Assembly: GCA_044225175.1 (NCBI GenBank) | Contig: JBGAJA010000001.1 | Location: forward strand, 678,711-742,710 | DNA from: Candidatus Omnitrophota bacterium | GTDB lineage: Bacteria; Omnitrophota; Gorgyraeia; Zapsychrales; Fredricksoniimonadaceae | Length of the DNA: 64,000 bases | Direction: 5' to 3' | Shown: piece after piece, positions 9,761 through 21,838 of the stretch | Numbering within the stretch: the first letter of the stretch is position 1 | Layout: the number at the start of each line of letters is the position of its first letter | Program-made: the position numbers and the translations under genes | The notes under the pieces: model-generated | Told to the model about the DNA's origin: nothing | Databases searched by the model: none | The model's input: the letters and a program-made list of their open reading frames with translations, nothing else

Positions 9761-11500
9761 ATGACGAAAAAAATATCAAAAGCAACACCCCCATCTGCAA
9801 TTAACGGTGCTCAAGCCCTTATCAAATGTCTAGAAAACTTTGGTGTAGAGTATATCTTCGGACTTTCCGGAGGAGCCGCAATCCCTATCTTCGATGCCTT
9901 AGTAGGCTCAAAAATCAAATTAATTTTAGTCCGTCACGAACAAGGTGCCACCCATATGGCTGATGGTTATGCCCGTGCCACCGGAAAACCTGGCGTCGTG
10001 CTTGTAACCTCTGGTCCTGGTGCTACCAATACAGTAACTGGAATCCTAACAGCTTTAATGGATTCTGTGCCCATGCTGGTGCTTTGTGGACAAACCATCT
10101 CTCCAATGCTTGGAAAAGATGCCTTTCAAGAAGCGGATATTTCTGGCATTACCATGCCAATTGTTAAACATAGCTATTTAGTTAAAGAAACAAATACTAT
10201 TCCTCGTGTTGTTAAAGAAGCTTGGCATATTTGTCAAACAGGCCGACCTGGTCCTGTGCTCTTAGATTTGCCTAAAGATATAACATCTGGCCCATTTACT
10301 GGAACAACATTAGATCCAGAAATGGATATTCCTGGGTATAAGATTCCTGGAAAACCAAAGCAAGCTGATATCCTTAAGATGGCAAAGATGTTTAAAGGCG
10401 CCAAAAAACCTTTACTTCTCATCGGTCATGGAGCTGTTATTTCCAGAGCTTCTGATGCTATCAAGAAATTAGCTGAGAAATTGGGCGCTCCTGTAACCAA
10501 TACCCTTTTAGGAAAAGGTGCTTTTCCTGAAACTCATCGCCTATCTCTTGGGATGCTTGGTATGCATGGAACAGCCTATGCCAATAAAGCCCTCATCAAC
10601 TGCGATTTAATCCTCTCCATTGGTTCACGCTGGGATGATCGTATTAATGGAAACAATAACGAGTTCTGTATCGGTGCCAAGAAGCTTCATATTGATATAG
10701 ACTTTGCTGAAATCAATAAGATTGTCAAACCAGACGCATGGGTTGTGGGTAATGCTAAAGAAGTGGTTGAAGAATTAATCAAACATGTCGAACCGCTAGA
10801 TACTAAAGAATGGCTTAAAGAGTTAGATTATTACAAAAGAGAGTTTCCTTTGAAGTATTCCAATGACAAAGGTTTGACTGCTCAATACGTTATTGATAGC
10901 TGCTATAAGGCAACCAAAGGTAACGCAATTGTGACAACTGACGTTGGACAACATCAAATGTGGGCTGCTCAGTTCTATCTTACAAATCATGGCAACGATT
11001 GGCTCTCTTCTGGGGGTGCAGGTACTATGGGCTTCGGCTTCCCTTCTGCGATTGGCGCCCAATTTGGACGTCCTAAAGATTTAGTTATCGCAATCGTAGG
11101 TGACGGCGGTTTCCAAATGACTCTCTGCGAGCTATCAACCGTTTTTGTAAACAAGCTCCCAGTGAAGGTTTTAATTGTAGATAACAAATACTTAGGAATG
11201 GTGCGTCAATGGCAGGAGCTATTCTTTGACAATCGTCTTTCTGGTGTGGACCTAGAAGGTAATCCAGACTTTGTGAAGCTTGCAGAAGCCTATGGAATTA
11301 AAGCTTTCCATATTAATAAAGTTGAACATTGCTTTGATGTGATGAAGCAAGCCATGGAATATAAAGGTCCATGTGTTATTCATGCTGAAGTTATCAAAGA
11401 AGATAATGTGTTCCCCATGGTTCCAGCGGGTAAAAGTGCTATGCACATGATTATTGAAGCTCCAACACACAAATTAGAAAAACCAACGGGATCAACCTAA
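9761..11500 (+). CDS. ilvB: Acetolactate synthase large subunit (biosynthetic, TPP-dependent)
   Basis: 579 aa with TPP motif GDGGFQM...N and FAD-binding region; full-length similarity to IlvB/IlvI. Confidence 0.9.
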   Translation: MTKKISKATPPSAINGAQALIKCLENFGVEYIFGLSGGAAIPIFDALVGSKIKLILVRHEQGATHMADGYARATGKPGVVLVTSGPGATNTVTGILTALMDSVPMLVLCGQTISPMLGKDAFQEADISGITMPIVKHSYLVKETNTIPRVVKEAWHICQTGRPGPVLLDLPKDITSGPFTGTTLDPEMDIPGYKIPGKPKQADILKMAKMFKGAKKPLLLIGHGAVISRASDAIKKLAEKLGAPVTNTLLGKGAFPETHRLSLGMLGMHGTAYANKALINCDLILSIGSRWDDRINGNNNEFCIGAKKLHIDIDFAEINKIVKPDAWVVGNAKEVVEELIKHVEPLDTKEWLKELDYYKREFPLKYSNDKGLTAQYVIDSCYKATKGNAIVTTDVGQHQMWAAQFYLTNHGNDWLSSGGAGTMGFGFPSAIGAQFGRPKDLVIAIVGDGGFQMTLCELSTVFVNKLPVKVLIVDNKYLGMVRQWQELFFDNRLSGVDLEGNPDFVKLAEAYGIKAFHINKVEHCFDVMKQAMEYKGPCVIHAEVIKEDNVFPMVPAGKSAMHMIIEAPTHKLEKPTGST

Positions 11501-11511
11501 AGAGATTAACT

Positions 11512-12009
11512 ATGATAAAGACAAATATACATACAATTAGTGTTTTAGTAGCCAACAAACCAGGCGTTTTAGTTCGTATTGCCCTCGTCTTTGCACGTCG
11601 CGCATACAATATAGATTCTCTAGTTGTCTCCCCTACTGTTAATCCAAAATACTCACGTATGACGATTACAGCTCAAGGTGATCCTGTGACCTTAGAACAA
11701 ATTATCAAGAACGTTGATAAATTGGTCGATGTGATTCATTGCTCTGAACACGATGTTACTCAGTCTATTGAGAAAGAATTAGCTCTCTTTAAGATTAAAA
11801 CATCTCCTGCGGCCAAGACTTTCCTCTCTAAGAACGCCCGTAAATTCCATACAAAAGTGGATGATTCAACCCAAGGCATTTTGGTGATTGAACAAACAGG
11901 AACAACAGCTGAATTAGATGAATTCGAAGCTTTGCTTAAGAAATTTCATTTAATTGAAATGGTTCGTACTGGTAAGGTTTTGATGGCTAAGGGGAAGGAA
12001 TCGACTTAG
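11512..12009 (+). CDS. ilvN: Acetolactate synthase small (regulatory, ACT-domain) subunit
   Basis: 165 aa: ISVLVANKPGVLVRIALVFARRAYNIDSLVVSPT...SRMTI is the canonical IlvH/IlvN ACT domain; lies directly downstream of ilvB. Confidence 0.85.
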   Translation: MIKTNIHTISVLVANKPGVLVRIALVFARRAYNIDSLVVSPTVNPKYSRMTITAQGDPVTLEQIIKNVDKLVDVIHCSEHDVTQSIEKELALFKIKTSPAAKTFLSKNARKFHTKVDDSTQGILVIEQTGTTAELDEFEALLKKFHLIEMVRTGKVLMAKGKEST

Positions 12010-12409
12010 AGCAAGAAATAATTTTCGGTAATTCTTGAGGTGGTAATATCACAAGTGCCACCTCAATATATTCTTCAGTATGTTCAATAGAAGTAATCTT
12101 ACATCTGTCTAAATCATATTTCGTATCTGTAATCCCTAAATACTGAACAATCCCTGCTTTTAATGCATCTAATTCGAGATATAAGATGAATTGACGTTCC
12201 TGGTCCTCATTTAATCCTAACGCAGAAACAAGCATTTGAAACTCCAAGTCCAAAATTTCTGTCAATGACTTACCTTTACAAAAGTCAGATAAACCTGTTT
12301 GAGCGCTAATTTCACTAGAACAAGTAATTTTAGCAAACTGAAAACTTAAGAAATTTTCGTTCGCATCTAATCGAAGGTTAAGTCCTGAAGAACTATCCGA
12401 ACAAGGCAT
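11987..12409 (-). CDS. Hypothetical protein (140 aa)
   Basis: ORF only. Its start abuts the stop of the upstream AsmA-like gene (possible coupling). No recognisable motif. Confidence 0.3.
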   Translation of the reverse strand: MPCSDSSSGLNLRLDANENFLSFQFAKITCSSEISAQTGLSDFCKGKSLTEILDLEFQMLVSALGLNEDQERQFILYLELDALKAGIVQYLGITDTKYDLDRCKITSIEHTEEYIEVALVILPPQELPKIISCSKSIPSP

Positions 12410-12412
12410 TAG

Positions 12413-14134
12413 CTATTGGTCCTTTGTCTTTAGAATTTTGTTTAAAAATCCATTAATCATCTTCTTTGAGGAATCTTCCTGAGACTCCCCTGAAGTTTCA
12501 GCATTACCAGATTGAGGTTCAGAGGTACTTGAAGCTTCTTCTTTTGAGTCTCCACCTAAAACAGCATTAAGAATACTTTTTACCTCAGGGTTCTTATCAA
12601 GAACCTTTTCCAACTGATTAACACCCTCAGAAATAGCTACCTTCTTGGCCATATCATCAATTTGAGGTTTATAGGCAACTGAAGGAATTTTTCCAGAAAC
12701 TTGGCCTGGGATATAGATACGACCTTGTTCATCTTTTAAACCTGATAATGGCTTAACAGATTTGATCAAAGCTTGTGAAAATTCGCGACTTAAATATGTT
12801 GTAACATCCATATTGACCAAAAAATCAAAGTTAACATTACCTTGTAACAAAATTAAGAAGATCTGAGATTCGACTCGTCCATTACTAATAGAAACCACCT
12901 TGTCTTGGATAGCAAATTTAGCTTGAACTTTATCTAAGAGAGTCGTGTCACTTCCAATTTGATTCTTTAAATCTGTTGATAAAACTGCTTCAATTTGGCC
13001 TGAAAGCCCAGGAATAAAGTTCAATTTTTCTAGGATTACTTTAAGTAGATTTAATTTCTCAATCTTTCCATCGATTAAATTGAAATCTCCCTGCCCTTTA
13101 AGATTTGTAAGCATAGCTTGCGGATCAAAGCTCTCGCCGGAACCAGCAAATGTGGCATTAATCGCCCCTTTAAGTTCCACAGGCAATGTTTTCTGATCAA
13201 TTAAATCTTGAATGAGGATCGTTTTACCTTCAATTTTAAAAGTATATTTAGGCAAGGCTGTCAGACCTTGAATATCTCCTGTTGCTTCTATCTGGCCATT
13301 GGAACCAATATGTCCATCCAATTGCTTTACAGATAGGTTCTTTAAATTAGTCTCTGCGAGCAAAGTAATTCGATCAATAGGATTTAAAAGCTCTCTAAAT
13401 CCAACATATCCATCATTTAATTTAATCGTTATTAAAATATTCTCATTTAAGCCTTTCTCTGAGGCTTGAAGTTGTGGTATTTGAACCAATAGCTTACCTT
13501 TAATTTGGGAAGGCCAAACAGGGACATCCTTTAAAAGAGGAGTAATTGTTTTTACACGAGCCATATCTAACTGGCTCAAATCACTTGAAACATTGATGTC
13601 TGTCATATGAAAAGTGGATTGACCCATATCCAGGGCACAATGACTTTGGAGTTCAATATTAAATTGGCTAGTGCTTAGAACTTTAACCTTCAAATTAAAA
13701 TCAAAAGGATTTTTTAAAGAAAAATTATTAACTATAGCTTTCATATGATCAATTGGAACTTGAATCTTGATAGGACTATCTAAAGAAATGATACTGCTTT
13801 TCAGGGAGATCTCTGAGGTTTGTATTTGATTTGTCATGATTGCAATAGGGTTAAGCTTTGCACTAGCTTGCTGGATTGTCAAAATTGGATTTGATGTCGG
13901 TGGATCATTGCTGATTGAGACGTTGTCAAGAACCAAAGTCAAACCTTTAAATAAACTAAAATCCAAATTGCCATGTCCCACTTTAACTTCTCTGTGCAGT
14001 GATTGGCTTAAAGTTTGAGTGATTTGATTAAGATATTTATTAATATCAAAAGTTTTGATAAAAACAATAAATCCAATAAAAAGAATTAGAATCAAGGTTA
14101 AAAAGATTACAAAAATTGTTTTTAATATTCTCAT
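12413..14134 (-). CDS. AsmA-like, N-terminally anchored envelope protein
   Basis: 573 aa with an N-terminal TM anchor (IFVIFLTLILILFIGFIVFI) followed by a long beta-rich periplasmic region typical of the AsmA/DUF748 family. The C-terminus is acidic and Ser-rich. Confidence 0.45.
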   Translation of the reverse strand: MRILKTIFVIFLTLILILFIGFIVFIKTFDINKYLNQITQTLSQSLHREVKVGHGNLDFSLFKGLTLVLDNVSISNDPPTSNPILTIQQASAKLNPIAIMTNQIQTSEISLKSSIISLDSPIKIQVPIDHMKAIVNNFSLKNPFDFNLKVKVLSTSQFNIELQSHCALDMGQSTFHMTDINVSSDLSQLDMARVKTITPLLKDVPVWPSQIKGKLLVQIPQLQASEKGLNENILITIKLNDGYVGFRELLNPIDRITLLAETNLKNLSVKQLDGHIGSNGQIEATGDIQGLTALPKYTFKIEGKTILIQDLIDQKTLPVELKGAINATFAGSGESFDPQAMLTNLKGQGDFNLIDGKIEKLNLLKVILEKLNFIPGLSGQIEAVLSTDLKNQIGSDTTLLDKVQAKFAIQDKVVSISNGRVESQIFLILLQGNVNFDFLVNMDVTTYLSREFSQALIKSVKPLSGLKDEQGRIYIPGQVSGKIPSVAYKPQIDDMAKKVAISEGVNQLEKVLDKNPEVKSILNAVLGGDSKEEASSTSEPQSGNAETSGESQEDSSKKMINGFLNKILKTKDQ

Positions 14135-14159
14135 AGGATTACTCTTTATATAAATGGGT

Positions 14160-15038
14160 TTATCTGTTGCGAAGTTCTTTTAATCTTTGGATTTGATCCT
14201 GGACACGCTGATTCATTTCTTGGGTTTGGACAAGAGAGCGGTTTTGATTTGTATTATTAACAGTTCTTTCTTTTAAATCTCTCATTTTTTCTTTCATTGA
14301 TTCCAAGTCGGAAATATTCTTTTCATGCATATTATTAATTTGGCGCTGTTTTTGTTTAACATTATCTACAAAATCTTGCGTACGCGTAGATAACGCTTCT
14401 ACTTTTTCAAGAAATTCAGGCTTTTCTTTGAAGGCAACATCATCATGTCTTTGTCGAGCCTTCTCCTTAATTTCCTGGATTTTTGAATTCAATTCTTGGC
14501 TATCTAAAACCTGTTGTTTCATGAGATCTTCCTGAGCTCTTATTTTATCTTTAATATCCTGTAATAATCTTTGACGATTCCCGCTTTCTTCAATGGAATC
14601 AAATTCCGACTTATCCAGCATAGTTTGATTCATTTTTAAACGTTGTTCATTGTATTGCATCAATTGCTTGCTATTTTCAATAAGCAATACATTTTTATTT
14701 TGAAACTGTTCCATTAGATCTTTGATTCTTAAAATATCGGCTCTTCCTTTATCAGATAAATTTTGATTCATTTGCATGAGTGAACTTACTTGTTGTTGAG
14801 ATTCTTGATAGTACTTTTGTTGATCATGCAAGTAATCATTCAAAGAAGCTTTATCTTTTGCAGTCCGTTTAATATATTGATCAATCGTCTTTCTTTGAAT
14901 TTCTATTTCAGATTGATAACCAGATGATTTAAGAAATTCTCCAAAAACTGGCTTATCTGAAGGTGAATGTAACAAGATTTTTGCAGTAATACCGGCTAAT
15001 AAAGCTATAACAAATATTCCTATGAATATTGCGCGCAC
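14160..15038 (-). CDS. Membrane-anchored coiled-coil protein
   Basis: 292 aa with an N-terminal TM (IFIGIFVIALLAGITAKILL) followed by a Q/K/E-rich coiled coil. Confidence 0.5.
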   Translation of the reverse strand: MRAIFIGIFVIALLAGITAKILLHSPSDKPVFGEFLKSSGYQSEIEIQRKTIDQYIKRTAKDKASLNDYLHDQQKYYQESQQQVSSLMQMNQNLSDKGRADILRIKDLMEQFQNKNVLLIENSKQLMQYNEQRLKMNQTMLDKSEFDSIEESGNRQRLLQDIKDKIRAQEDLMKQQVLDSQELNSKIQEIKEKARQRHDDVAFKEKPEFLEKVEALSTRTQDFVDNVKQKQRQINNMHEKNISDLESMKEKMRDLKERTVNNTNQNRSLVQTQEMNQRVQDQIQRLKELRNR

Positions 15039-15047
15039 AAGAACTCC

Positions 15048-17093
15048 TTATTTATTAAGCAATTGTTCTTCAATCAAAGCCAAATCTGTTGTCGCTTGAT
15101 GACAAACATTTCCATAACATACCGACACTTGCAGTTCCGAGTCTTTTTGAGTAAATTTCATAATTTTACTCGGTATATAATGTTTATACACGACTCTTTG
15201 CAAATGTGCAAGTTTCGAATCTGTGAGCCTTCCTTCTATAGAAATACTTCTTGAATCGTTAAAATAGAAATCTAGGGCACAAAGTGCAAATGTATAGGCA
15301 GATGGTGATTTATTGATTAAAGGAGCAAAATTATGGAATGTATTCTTTAATGAGTTAGACCATTTAGCCTCAGAAGTCATATGATAGAGTCTTATTAAAC
15401 CATAAACAGCACCTGAGTTTCCTGAAGGGATCGCCCCATCATAATGATCTTTGGGCCTCACTATAAGATCCGTAGCCTTATTGGAAGTTAGATAAAAGCC
15501 TCCGTTTAGATCATCACTAAATAAAATAATCATTTGTTCACCGAGATCTTTAGCTTTATTGAAATATTTCTCATCAAAATTTGCTTCATATAAATCTAAT
15601 AAACCATTAATCAAGAAAGCATAATCATTAAGCATGCCTTCAACGGAAGATTCATTCTTACACCAGGAATGCAAAAGTCTTGTATTGGAATAATGTTTAT
15701 TTATGACAAATTCTGCTGCCCTTTTAGCTGAATTAATATAAGAAGGTTCGTTAAGAATACAACCAGCTTGGGCAAAAACCCCTATCATCAAACCATTCCA
15801 ATCAGCTAAAACTTTGTCATCTAAATACGGCCTTGCTCGTTGAGTTCTATGTTGAAATAATTCATTTTTAGCTTGTTTAACAATTTCAACAACTTCTAAA
15901 AGGGGGAGTTTGAAATGATCTGCAGCTTGTTCCAAAGAATGTTCAATATAAAGAATATTTAGAGCAATAAATTCTCCATGGGGATCGACCCGGGCATTTC
16001 CGCCAGGTCTTACGCCATAAATGTAATTAAATATATCTGCCTGTTTCTGGTTCAATAATTTACTTATTTCTTCTTGAGACCACACATAAAAAGCTCCTTC
16101 TGCCTTATCGTCAGATCCAGAAATTATACTATCGGCATCTTCAGCTGTATAAAAGCCCCCTTCAGGATGAGTCAAATCTCTTAAAACATAATTTAACGTT
16201 TCTTTAATAATCAAAGCATATTCTGATTTACCAGTGATTTGATAGCATTCTAAATAAACTTTGATCAAAAGAGCTTGATCATATAACATTTTTTCAAAAT
16301 GAGGAATATGCCAGTATGCATCCGTTGAATAGCGATGAAAACCTCCGCCTAAGTGGTCATAAATCCCCCCCTTAGAAATGGCATTTAAAGTTTGTTCCAC
16401 CATAAATAGGGCATTTTCATTTTTTTTACTAAGGTAATAACGTAATAAGAATGAAAGTTGGTGGCCCATTGGAAACTTTGGGGAACCTCCGAAACCTCCA
16501 TTATCACGATCAAAATGATTTGATATCTGTTCAAATGCTTTATCTAGAATTTCTATTTCAAGCTCACTGTCAGAATTTAGAACATTTTGGTTCTGACCAG
16601 ATAAGACGCGTGTAATTTCTTCACTTGAGGCTAAGAGCTGTTCACGTTGATTTTGCCAAGCTTGTGTAACAGAATTAAGAACATCTATAAAACCAGGAGC
16701 ACCCCATTTGGGATATGGTGGAAAGTAAGTACCTGCATAAAAAGGTTTGCCCTCTGAAGTCATAAATACTGTTAAAGGCCAACCACCCTGCCCTGTCATC
16801 ATAGAGGCCGCAGTCATATAGATCTGATCAATATCAGGACGTTCCTCTCGATCAACTTTGATAGAAATAAAGTGTTCATTAAGAATTTTAGCTATTTCTT
16901 GATTCTCAAAGCTTTCATGAGCCATAACATGGCACCAGTGGCATGTGGAATACCCAATTGACAATAATATAGGCTTCTGTTGGGTTGCCGAGAGCTTAAA
17001 AGCTTCCTCACCCCAGGGATACCAATCTACAGGATTATCAATGTGCTGGATTAAGTAGGGACTCTTTTGACCTAATAGATGGTTGGAAGGCAT
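15048..17093 (-). CDS. Thioredoxin-domain protein of the DUF255/YyaL family (thioredoxin fold plus alpha/alpha-toroid)
   Basis: N-terminal [15 protein letters not shown]...[13 protein letters not shown] (CxxC) followed by an about 450-aa GlcNAc-2-epimerase-like domain. The ORF track start at 17114 overlaps the upstream gene by 20 bp; the Met at 17093 is the preferred start. Confidence 0.75.
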   Translation of the reverse strand: MPSNHLLGQKSPYLIQHIDNPVDWYPWGEEAFKLSATQQKPILLSIGYSTCHWCHVMAHESFENQEIAKILNEHFISIKVDREERPDIDQIYMTAASMMTGQGGWPLTVFMTSEGKPFYAGTYFPPYPKWGAPGFIDVLNSVTQAWQNQREQLLASSEEITRVLSGQNQNVLNSDSELEIEILDKAFEQISNHFDRDNGGFGGSPKFPMGHQLSFLLRYYLSKKNENALFMVEQTLNAISKGGIYDHLGGGFHRYSTDAYWHIPHFEKMLYDQALLIKVYLECYQITGKSEYALIIKETLNYVLRDLTHPEGGFYTAEDADSIISGSDDKAEGAFYVWSQEEISKLLNQKQADIFNYIYGVRPGGNARVDPHGEFIALNILYIEHSLEQAADHFKLPLLEVVEIVKQAKNELFQHRTQRARPYLDDKVLADWNGLMIGVFAQAGCILNEPSYINSAKRAAEFVINKHYSNTRLLHSWCKNESSVEGMLNDYAFLINGLLDLYEANFDEKYFNKAKDLGEQMIILFSDDLNGGFYLTSNKATDLIVRPKDHYDGAIPSGNSGAVYGLIRLYHMTSEAKWSNSLKNTFHNFAPLINKSPSAYTFALCALDFYFNDSRSISIEGRLTDSKLAHLQRVVYKHYIPSKIMKFTQKDSELQVSVCYGNVCHQATTDLALIEEQLLNK

Positions 17094-17094
17094 C

Positions 17095-20000
17095 CTATTT
17101 AGCAGTGGGCTCAAAAAGATCTAAAGTTTTAGCTATCTCATCTTTACGAGAAGATTTAGGAATCTTTTGAGAAATCACAGGATTTGATTGTTTTGGCACA
17201 ATAATTGAAGAAGAAGGTACTTTATTCATTAAAACTCTAGATTTATTTAAAAGTTCTTCAGTTTTCTTATATTTAGGTATTAAATCCTGAATATCTGAGA
17301 ATCTTTGTGCGGCTTCTCTATAATTTCCAGATTTATATAGTTTTAATGCTTCAGAATACATTGACTCAACACCACTATTAAATTGCTGGCGAATTACCGA
17401 TCTTTGAGATTCTAAAGCATCTTGACGTTCTTTAACTGCTTTCTCGATAGCAAGTCGTTCCTTATCTTTAGCACGAGCTAATTCCTCTTCTTTTATTTGT
17501 GCTAAGCGTTTTCTTTCTTTTTCTTCAGCTGCTTGTCTTCTTCGCTCAGTCTCTTTTTGACGCTCTAATTCTTTTTCTTTACGTGTAGCTTCAATTTTCT
17601 TTTGATCTTCTTCTTTTTGCTTACGAATTTCTTCTAATTTCTTTTGTTCTTCTTCTTTTTGCTTACGAATTTCTTCTAATTTCTTTTGTTCTTCCTCTTT
17701 TTGTTTACGAATTCTTTCTAATTTTTTTTGTTCTTCTTCTTTTTTATCTTTGATCTCTTGTTCTTTTCTCAATCGATCTTCTTCTTTTTGTTTTCTTTCT
17801 TCTTCAATTTTCTTTCTTTCATTCTCTTGTTTTTGCTTCAATTCTTCCTTTTTTCGATTCAATTCTTCTTCTTTCGCTTTTTTTAGATCTTCAATCCGCT
17901 TTTGTTCAATTTCTTGTTTATGCCTTAACTCTTCTTCTTTTTTGCGATTTTGTTCCTTCTTTTCCTCTAAGGGAGCATCATTCTTTTTAACTTCTATCTT
18001 AGGTTGTTCAACAACTTTAACTGGATCCGCAATTATCTTAGGAACATCGGGAATATGTTTAATTTCTGCCGGATTTCGTTGTAATGAAATTTCTTTTTGC
18101 GACTCTTTTTTTGCTGGTTTCAATTTCCTAAAATGATAAACCTGCTCTTTTTGACGAAGTTGTTGATCAGAATTTCTACGTTGAGTCTCTAAACGTTGCT
18201 GCTGTCTTTCTTCTATTTTTAATGATTCAAAACGTCGACGCTCTTCTTGCTGCTGAGCTTCCATAAGATTTTTTTGTCTTTCTAGCTCATAAGTTAAACG
18301 TCTCTGGCGTTGCTGCTCCTTAACATCCATTAAATCAGCAACTCTCTGTTGACGAAGTCTTTCAGCTAAATAATCAGATCTTTCTTTCTCAACTTTGTTC
18401 TTGGTCTTATAAACATCGTTTTTCATGATGTGGTCAATTTTATTTAAATATGAAGTTGCCCGATCATCACCTTGAGAAGCTAATTCTCCGAAAATGATTC
18501 TGGCTTGAGCGTATTTCTTTACACCATACAACTCAACTCCTTGACGATAAATCACCTCACGTTGACGCCTAAGATCCCTGTTTTTATATGATTCAGCCTC
18601 TTTTGCTTCAGCAATGTGTTCTTGTTTTCTTTCTTTTTCCAGGGAAGCGATATTAGTAAATTTATGACTACGAAGACGTTTTTGTATAGAAACTTTTTTA
18701 GCTTCTTCTTTAATGATAAGTTCTACTTTTGATTGAGATTTCTCCAACATTTCTTGCTCTGTCTCATGAGCTAAAGTTTGTTTAATTGTTTTTAATTCAA
18801 TCATTGTATGTTCAAGATCTTCAAACCTAGTTTTTGCAGCAGCGTAATCCTTATTCTTCGCAAATTTTAGAATTTCATCATTAATTTTTGATGCTCTAAT
18901 GGCAACTTCAGATAATCTTTCTTTTAATTCTTCAATTTTTTCTTTTCTATGTTGAGATTCTTCTATTCTTCTTTTAATTCTTTCCTCTTTAAGTCTCTTT
19001 TCCTCTTCTATAGCACGCTCAGCAGCCGCCTGCTCTTCAACACGTTTTCGATCTTCATCGATATGCATTAAATAATCATGCGTCGCTTTATACCCCGGTT
19101 GAATATTTTCTACCTCTAAAAATCTTATTTTTGCCCCTTGAAAATCTTTTTCTTTGAGTAAATTTAAGGCTTCACTATAATTTTCCTGTGCTTTCTGTAA
19201 TCTAATCTGTGCTTTTTCTTTATATTCCTGTTGAAGTCTTCGTTGTTCTTCTTCTCTAGCTTCTCTGAGCGTTCTGTCTTTTTCTTCACGTAAATTTTGT
19301 AAAACTTGATCAACTTTTGCTAATTTTGATTTTGCAATATTTGTTTGCTTATCATCTGATAAATTAACTATTTGCCCATATAGCCTTGAAGCTCTCTGAG
19401 AAAGTTCGTCTAAAAGCTTGGCTTCATCTACTTGTGTATTATTATTAGTAGTAGAAGAAACAGGATGATTTATCTTTGTTGTTTCATCTATTTGTTGAGA
19501 TTCTAGACCACTAGGTTGGGACTTTTGAAGCTCTTTGGCATGTTTATCAAGGAATGCTTTTTGATTTTTTGCAACACGATTCTTTTCTTCCTGCTCAAGC
19601 TTATTAAATTCAACCCTATCAACTACAGATAAAGATTTCTTTTGTTTTTCTTGCTCTAAGAACTTCTTTCTTTTTTCTTCTAGACGTTGAGCTGCTTCTT
19701 GTTCTAAATTTTTTTCTCTTTCTTGTCTTCTGTTGGCTTCAGCAAGCGCTTTGTCAGTTTTTCTTAAATAAGAATCTACAGACTTATACTCTTTGTCTAC
19801 TTTTACAATTTCCTCAAATTTTGATTTTGCTTCAATGTAATTATGAGCTTTATAAAGACTAATCCCTTCAGTATACATCGCTTCAACATTTTTCATTAGT
19901 TCTTTGCTGTTTTCATTTTGCTGTTGGAGCGGGGGAATAGCTTGTTTCTTAGCTTGTTTTGAAAGGTCTTCGATTTGTTTCTTGGCAATTTCTTGATCTA

Positions 20001-21738
20001 TAGAAACCAAATACTTTTGAGTTGCTTTATAATTACCTATTAATTGTTCAACATTCTTAAAACCTTCTTTTGCTTCTTGATATTTTTTCTGTCGATATAA
20101 AGACAAGGCTATCTGATAACTATCTTCTGTTTTTACTTTGAGTTGTTTTTGTTTTTCTAGTTCTTGGCGTTTTTGTTCAGCTTGCTTCTCTCGTTTAGCC
20201 TTCTCTTCATCTTTACGCTGTTGTCTCAAGCTTCTTTGTTTTTCTAGTTCTTCTTGTTTGCTTTTCTCTTCTAAAGTTTGCTGCTTTTTCTGTTCTTTCT
20301 CGCGTTGTTGGTCTAAAATTTTTTGCTTAGATTGTTCTTCTAACCGTTTTTTCTGTTCTTCTTTTTGCTTTTTCTCTTCTTCTCTTTTTTCAATTTCTTT
20401 TTGTTGATTACGTTTTAATTCAAGTTCTTTTATCTTTTGTTGGTCGATTAAATCTTGTTTAGCTTGATTGGTATGAAATAATTTTTCTTGTTCTGTTTCT
20501 TGTTGCCGTGTTTTTTCCTTACGGGCGTTATCTATCTCGGCTTGTTTTTCAATGATAGCTCTTTGTTTTTGATTTTCATCTTGAAGCTTCTTAATCATTT
20601 CTTGCTGCTCTTTTTGTTTTTCAAGGAATTTTTTATTTTCTTCCGCTTCCAATTGTTTTTGTTTGGCTTGATTAAGCAAAGATTGTCTCTCTATTTCTAA
20701 AGCCTTTAATCTCAACTTTTCTTTCTCTTGTTTTTCTTTGTCTATGGCCTGTTGAATTTTTAATGCGTCTTGCTTCTTTTGATTTTCTTCTTTTAATCTT
20801 TTAAGTTCATTATTCTTTTCTTCCAAAAGTTTTTGACGTTCTTGTTCTTTTAAACGTTTTTCTTCTTCTTTTTTCTGAATCTGTTCTTTCTTTAAACGCT
20901 GACGTTCTAACTCTTTTTGCTTTTGTTCTTCTTTAGCTTGTTCGTTTTTCTTGCGCAAATCTTCAGCCTGTTGTTCTTTTTGTTTTTTAATATTTTCTGC
21001 ATCGGCTTGTCTTTTTTGTCTGTCTAACTCGGCTTGTTGTTCTTTTTGTTTCTTAATATTCTCTGCTTCTGTTTGCTTTTTTTGTCGTTCCAACTCAACT
21101 TGCTGTCTTTTTTGTTCCAAAATTTTTTCTTCTTTTAGTCGGTCACTAATTTGTTTCAGGTAAGTTTTGGTTGATTTGTAATTAGGAAAGGATTTCTCGA
21201 GATTCTCAAAAGTACTTTGAGCATCACCATAATTCTTTTGTCGATAATAGGATAAAGCTTGCTGATAGAGATCTTCAGTTCTTTGCTCTGATTCTCTTTT
21301 CTGATCAAGCATTTCTTTCTGCTGCAGATCTTTTTGTTTTCTTAAAGCTATTTCCTGTTTGCGTAAACGCTCTTCACTTATCTTAATATTAGCAATTAAC
21401 TCAGCACGTTCAGTAACCTTGACAGCTTTATTAAAATAATAACGGGCAGAATCAAATTTGCCTTCTTCCATAAGTAGAAGGCCTTTATCATAATAATCTT
21501 TTGCGTTTGTCTCTCGAATTTCTTGTTTTTTGGCGTTTGATTCACTTTTAATTTTTTGATTTAAAGACTTAATATTTTCTTGAGATTCAACAATCAATCT
21601 TTTGAGCGTCTCTTCATAATTAGTTGTTGAACTATTGGGGACTGAGGCAGCTTGTTCATCAGCAAAGACACTAGATGAACAAAAAATACTTAATAAAAGT
21701 ATCGTAGGAAGAAAAGTAAGTGAAGAAATTTTTTGCAT
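17095..21738 (-). CDS. Giant (1547 aa) secreted Lys/Glu/Gln-rich coiled-coil protein with eight TPR-like modules
   Basis: Signal peptide ([26 protein letters not shown]). Eight dispersed modules of about 40 aa of the form a-L-x-L-Y-x4-Y-x2-A-x3-F-x7-P-x-YK-x-T-x2-YL-x2-I are separated by long KE-rich heptad regions. Contains in-frame tandem DNA repeats. Confidence 0.8.
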   Translation of the reverse strand: MQKISSLTFLPTILLLSIFCSSSVFADEQAASVPNSSTTNYEETLKRLIVESQENIKSLNQKIKSESNAKKQEIRETNAKDYYDKGLLLMEEGKFDSARYYFNKAVKVTERAELIANIKISEERLRKQEIALRKQKDLQQKEMLDQKRESEQRTEDLYQQALSYYRQKNYGDAQSTFENLEKSFPNYKSTKTYLKQISDRLKEEKILEQKRQQVELERQKKQTEAENIKKQKEQQAELDRQKRQADAENIKKQKEQQAEDLRKKNEQAKEEQKQKELERQRLKKEQIQKKEEEKRLKEQERQKLLEEKNNELKRLKEENQKKQDALKIQQAIDKEKQEKEKLRLKALEIERQSLLNQAKQKQLEAEENKKFLEKQKEQQEMIKKLQDENQKQRAIIEKQAEIDNARKEKTRQQETEQEKLFHTNQAKQDLIDQQKIKELELKRNQQKEIEKREEEKKQKEEQKKRLEEQSKQKILDQQREKEQKKQQTLEEKSKQEELEKQRSLRQQRKDEEKAKREKQAEQKRQELEKQKQLKVKTEDSYQIALSLYRQKKYQEAKEGFKNVEQLIGNYKATQKYLVSIDQEIAKKQIEDLSKQAKKQAIPPLQQQNENSKELMKNVEAMYTEGISLYKAHNYIEAKSKFEEIVKVDKEYKSVDSYLRKTDKALAEANRRQEREKNLEQEAAQRLEEKRKKFLEQEKQKKSLSVVDRVEFNKLEQEEKNRVAKNQKAFLDKHAKELQKSQPSGLESQQIDETTKINHPVSSTTNNNTQVDEAKLLDELSQRASRLYGQIVNLSDDKQTNIAKSKLAKVDQVLQNLREEKDRTLREAREEEQRRLQQEYKEKAQIRLQKAQENYSEALNLLKEKDFQGAKIRFLEVENIQPGYKATHDYLMHIDEDRKRVEEQAAAERAIEEEKRLKEERIKRRIEESQHRKEKIEELKERLSEVAIRASKINDEILKFAKNKDYAAAKTRFEDLEHTMIELKTIKQTLAHETEQEMLEKSQSKVELIIKEEAKKVSIQKRLRSHKFTNIASLEKERKQEHIAEAKEAESYKNRDLRRQREVIYRQGVELYGVKKYAQARIIFGELASQGDDRATSYLNKIDHIMKNDVYKTKNKVEKERSDYLAERLRQQRVADLMDVKEQQRQRRLTYELERQKNLMEAQQQEERRRFESLKIEERQQQRLETQRRNSDQQLRQKEQVYHFRKLKPAKKESQKEISLQRNPAEIKHIPDVPKIIADPVKVVEQPKIEVKKNDAPLEEKKEQNRKKEEELRHKQEIEQKRIEDLKKAKEEELNRKKEELKQKQENERKKIEEERKQKEEDRLRKEQEIKDKKEEEQKKLERIRKQKEEEQKKLEEIRKQKEEEQKKLEEIRKQKEEDQKKIEATRKEKELERQKETERRRQAAEEKERKRLAQIKEEELARAKDKERLAIEKAVKERQDALESQRSVIRQQFNSGVESMYSEALKLYKSGNYREAAQRFSDIQDLIPKYKKTEELLNKSRVLMNKVPSSSIIVPKQSNPVISQKIPKSSRKDEIAKTLDLFEPTAK
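17560..17740. repeat. Tandem 45-bp repeat (about 4 copies, two of them identical) inside the giant gene
   Basis: Unit ttcttctttttgcttacgaatttcttctaatttcttttgttc (minus-strand sense). Encodes [14 protein letters not shown] repeated four times. Confidence 0.8.
20958..21090. repeat. Tandem 60-bp repeat (2 copies) inside the giant gene
   Basis: The ...ttgttgttctttttgtt...aatatt.tctgc...ttgtc unit is repeated. Encodes [22 protein letters not shown] twice. Confidence 0.7.
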
Positions 21739-21838
21739 TTAATAATTTAACAATTAATTAATTTTTATGCATTCTAGCAATGATATTAACTATCTTCCAC
21801 AAAATTAATGGAATTTTTATACGATTTATTATAAGTCT

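Noticed and set aside
17750-21163. Several plus-strand ORFs (17750-18136, 20138-20407, 20488-20700, 20951-21163) encoding Cys/Phe/Ser-rich low-complexity peptides
   Set aside because: They are the antisense reading of the GAA/AAG-rich codons of the giant K/E-rich gene (CTT/TTC/TGC codons). No start context was found.
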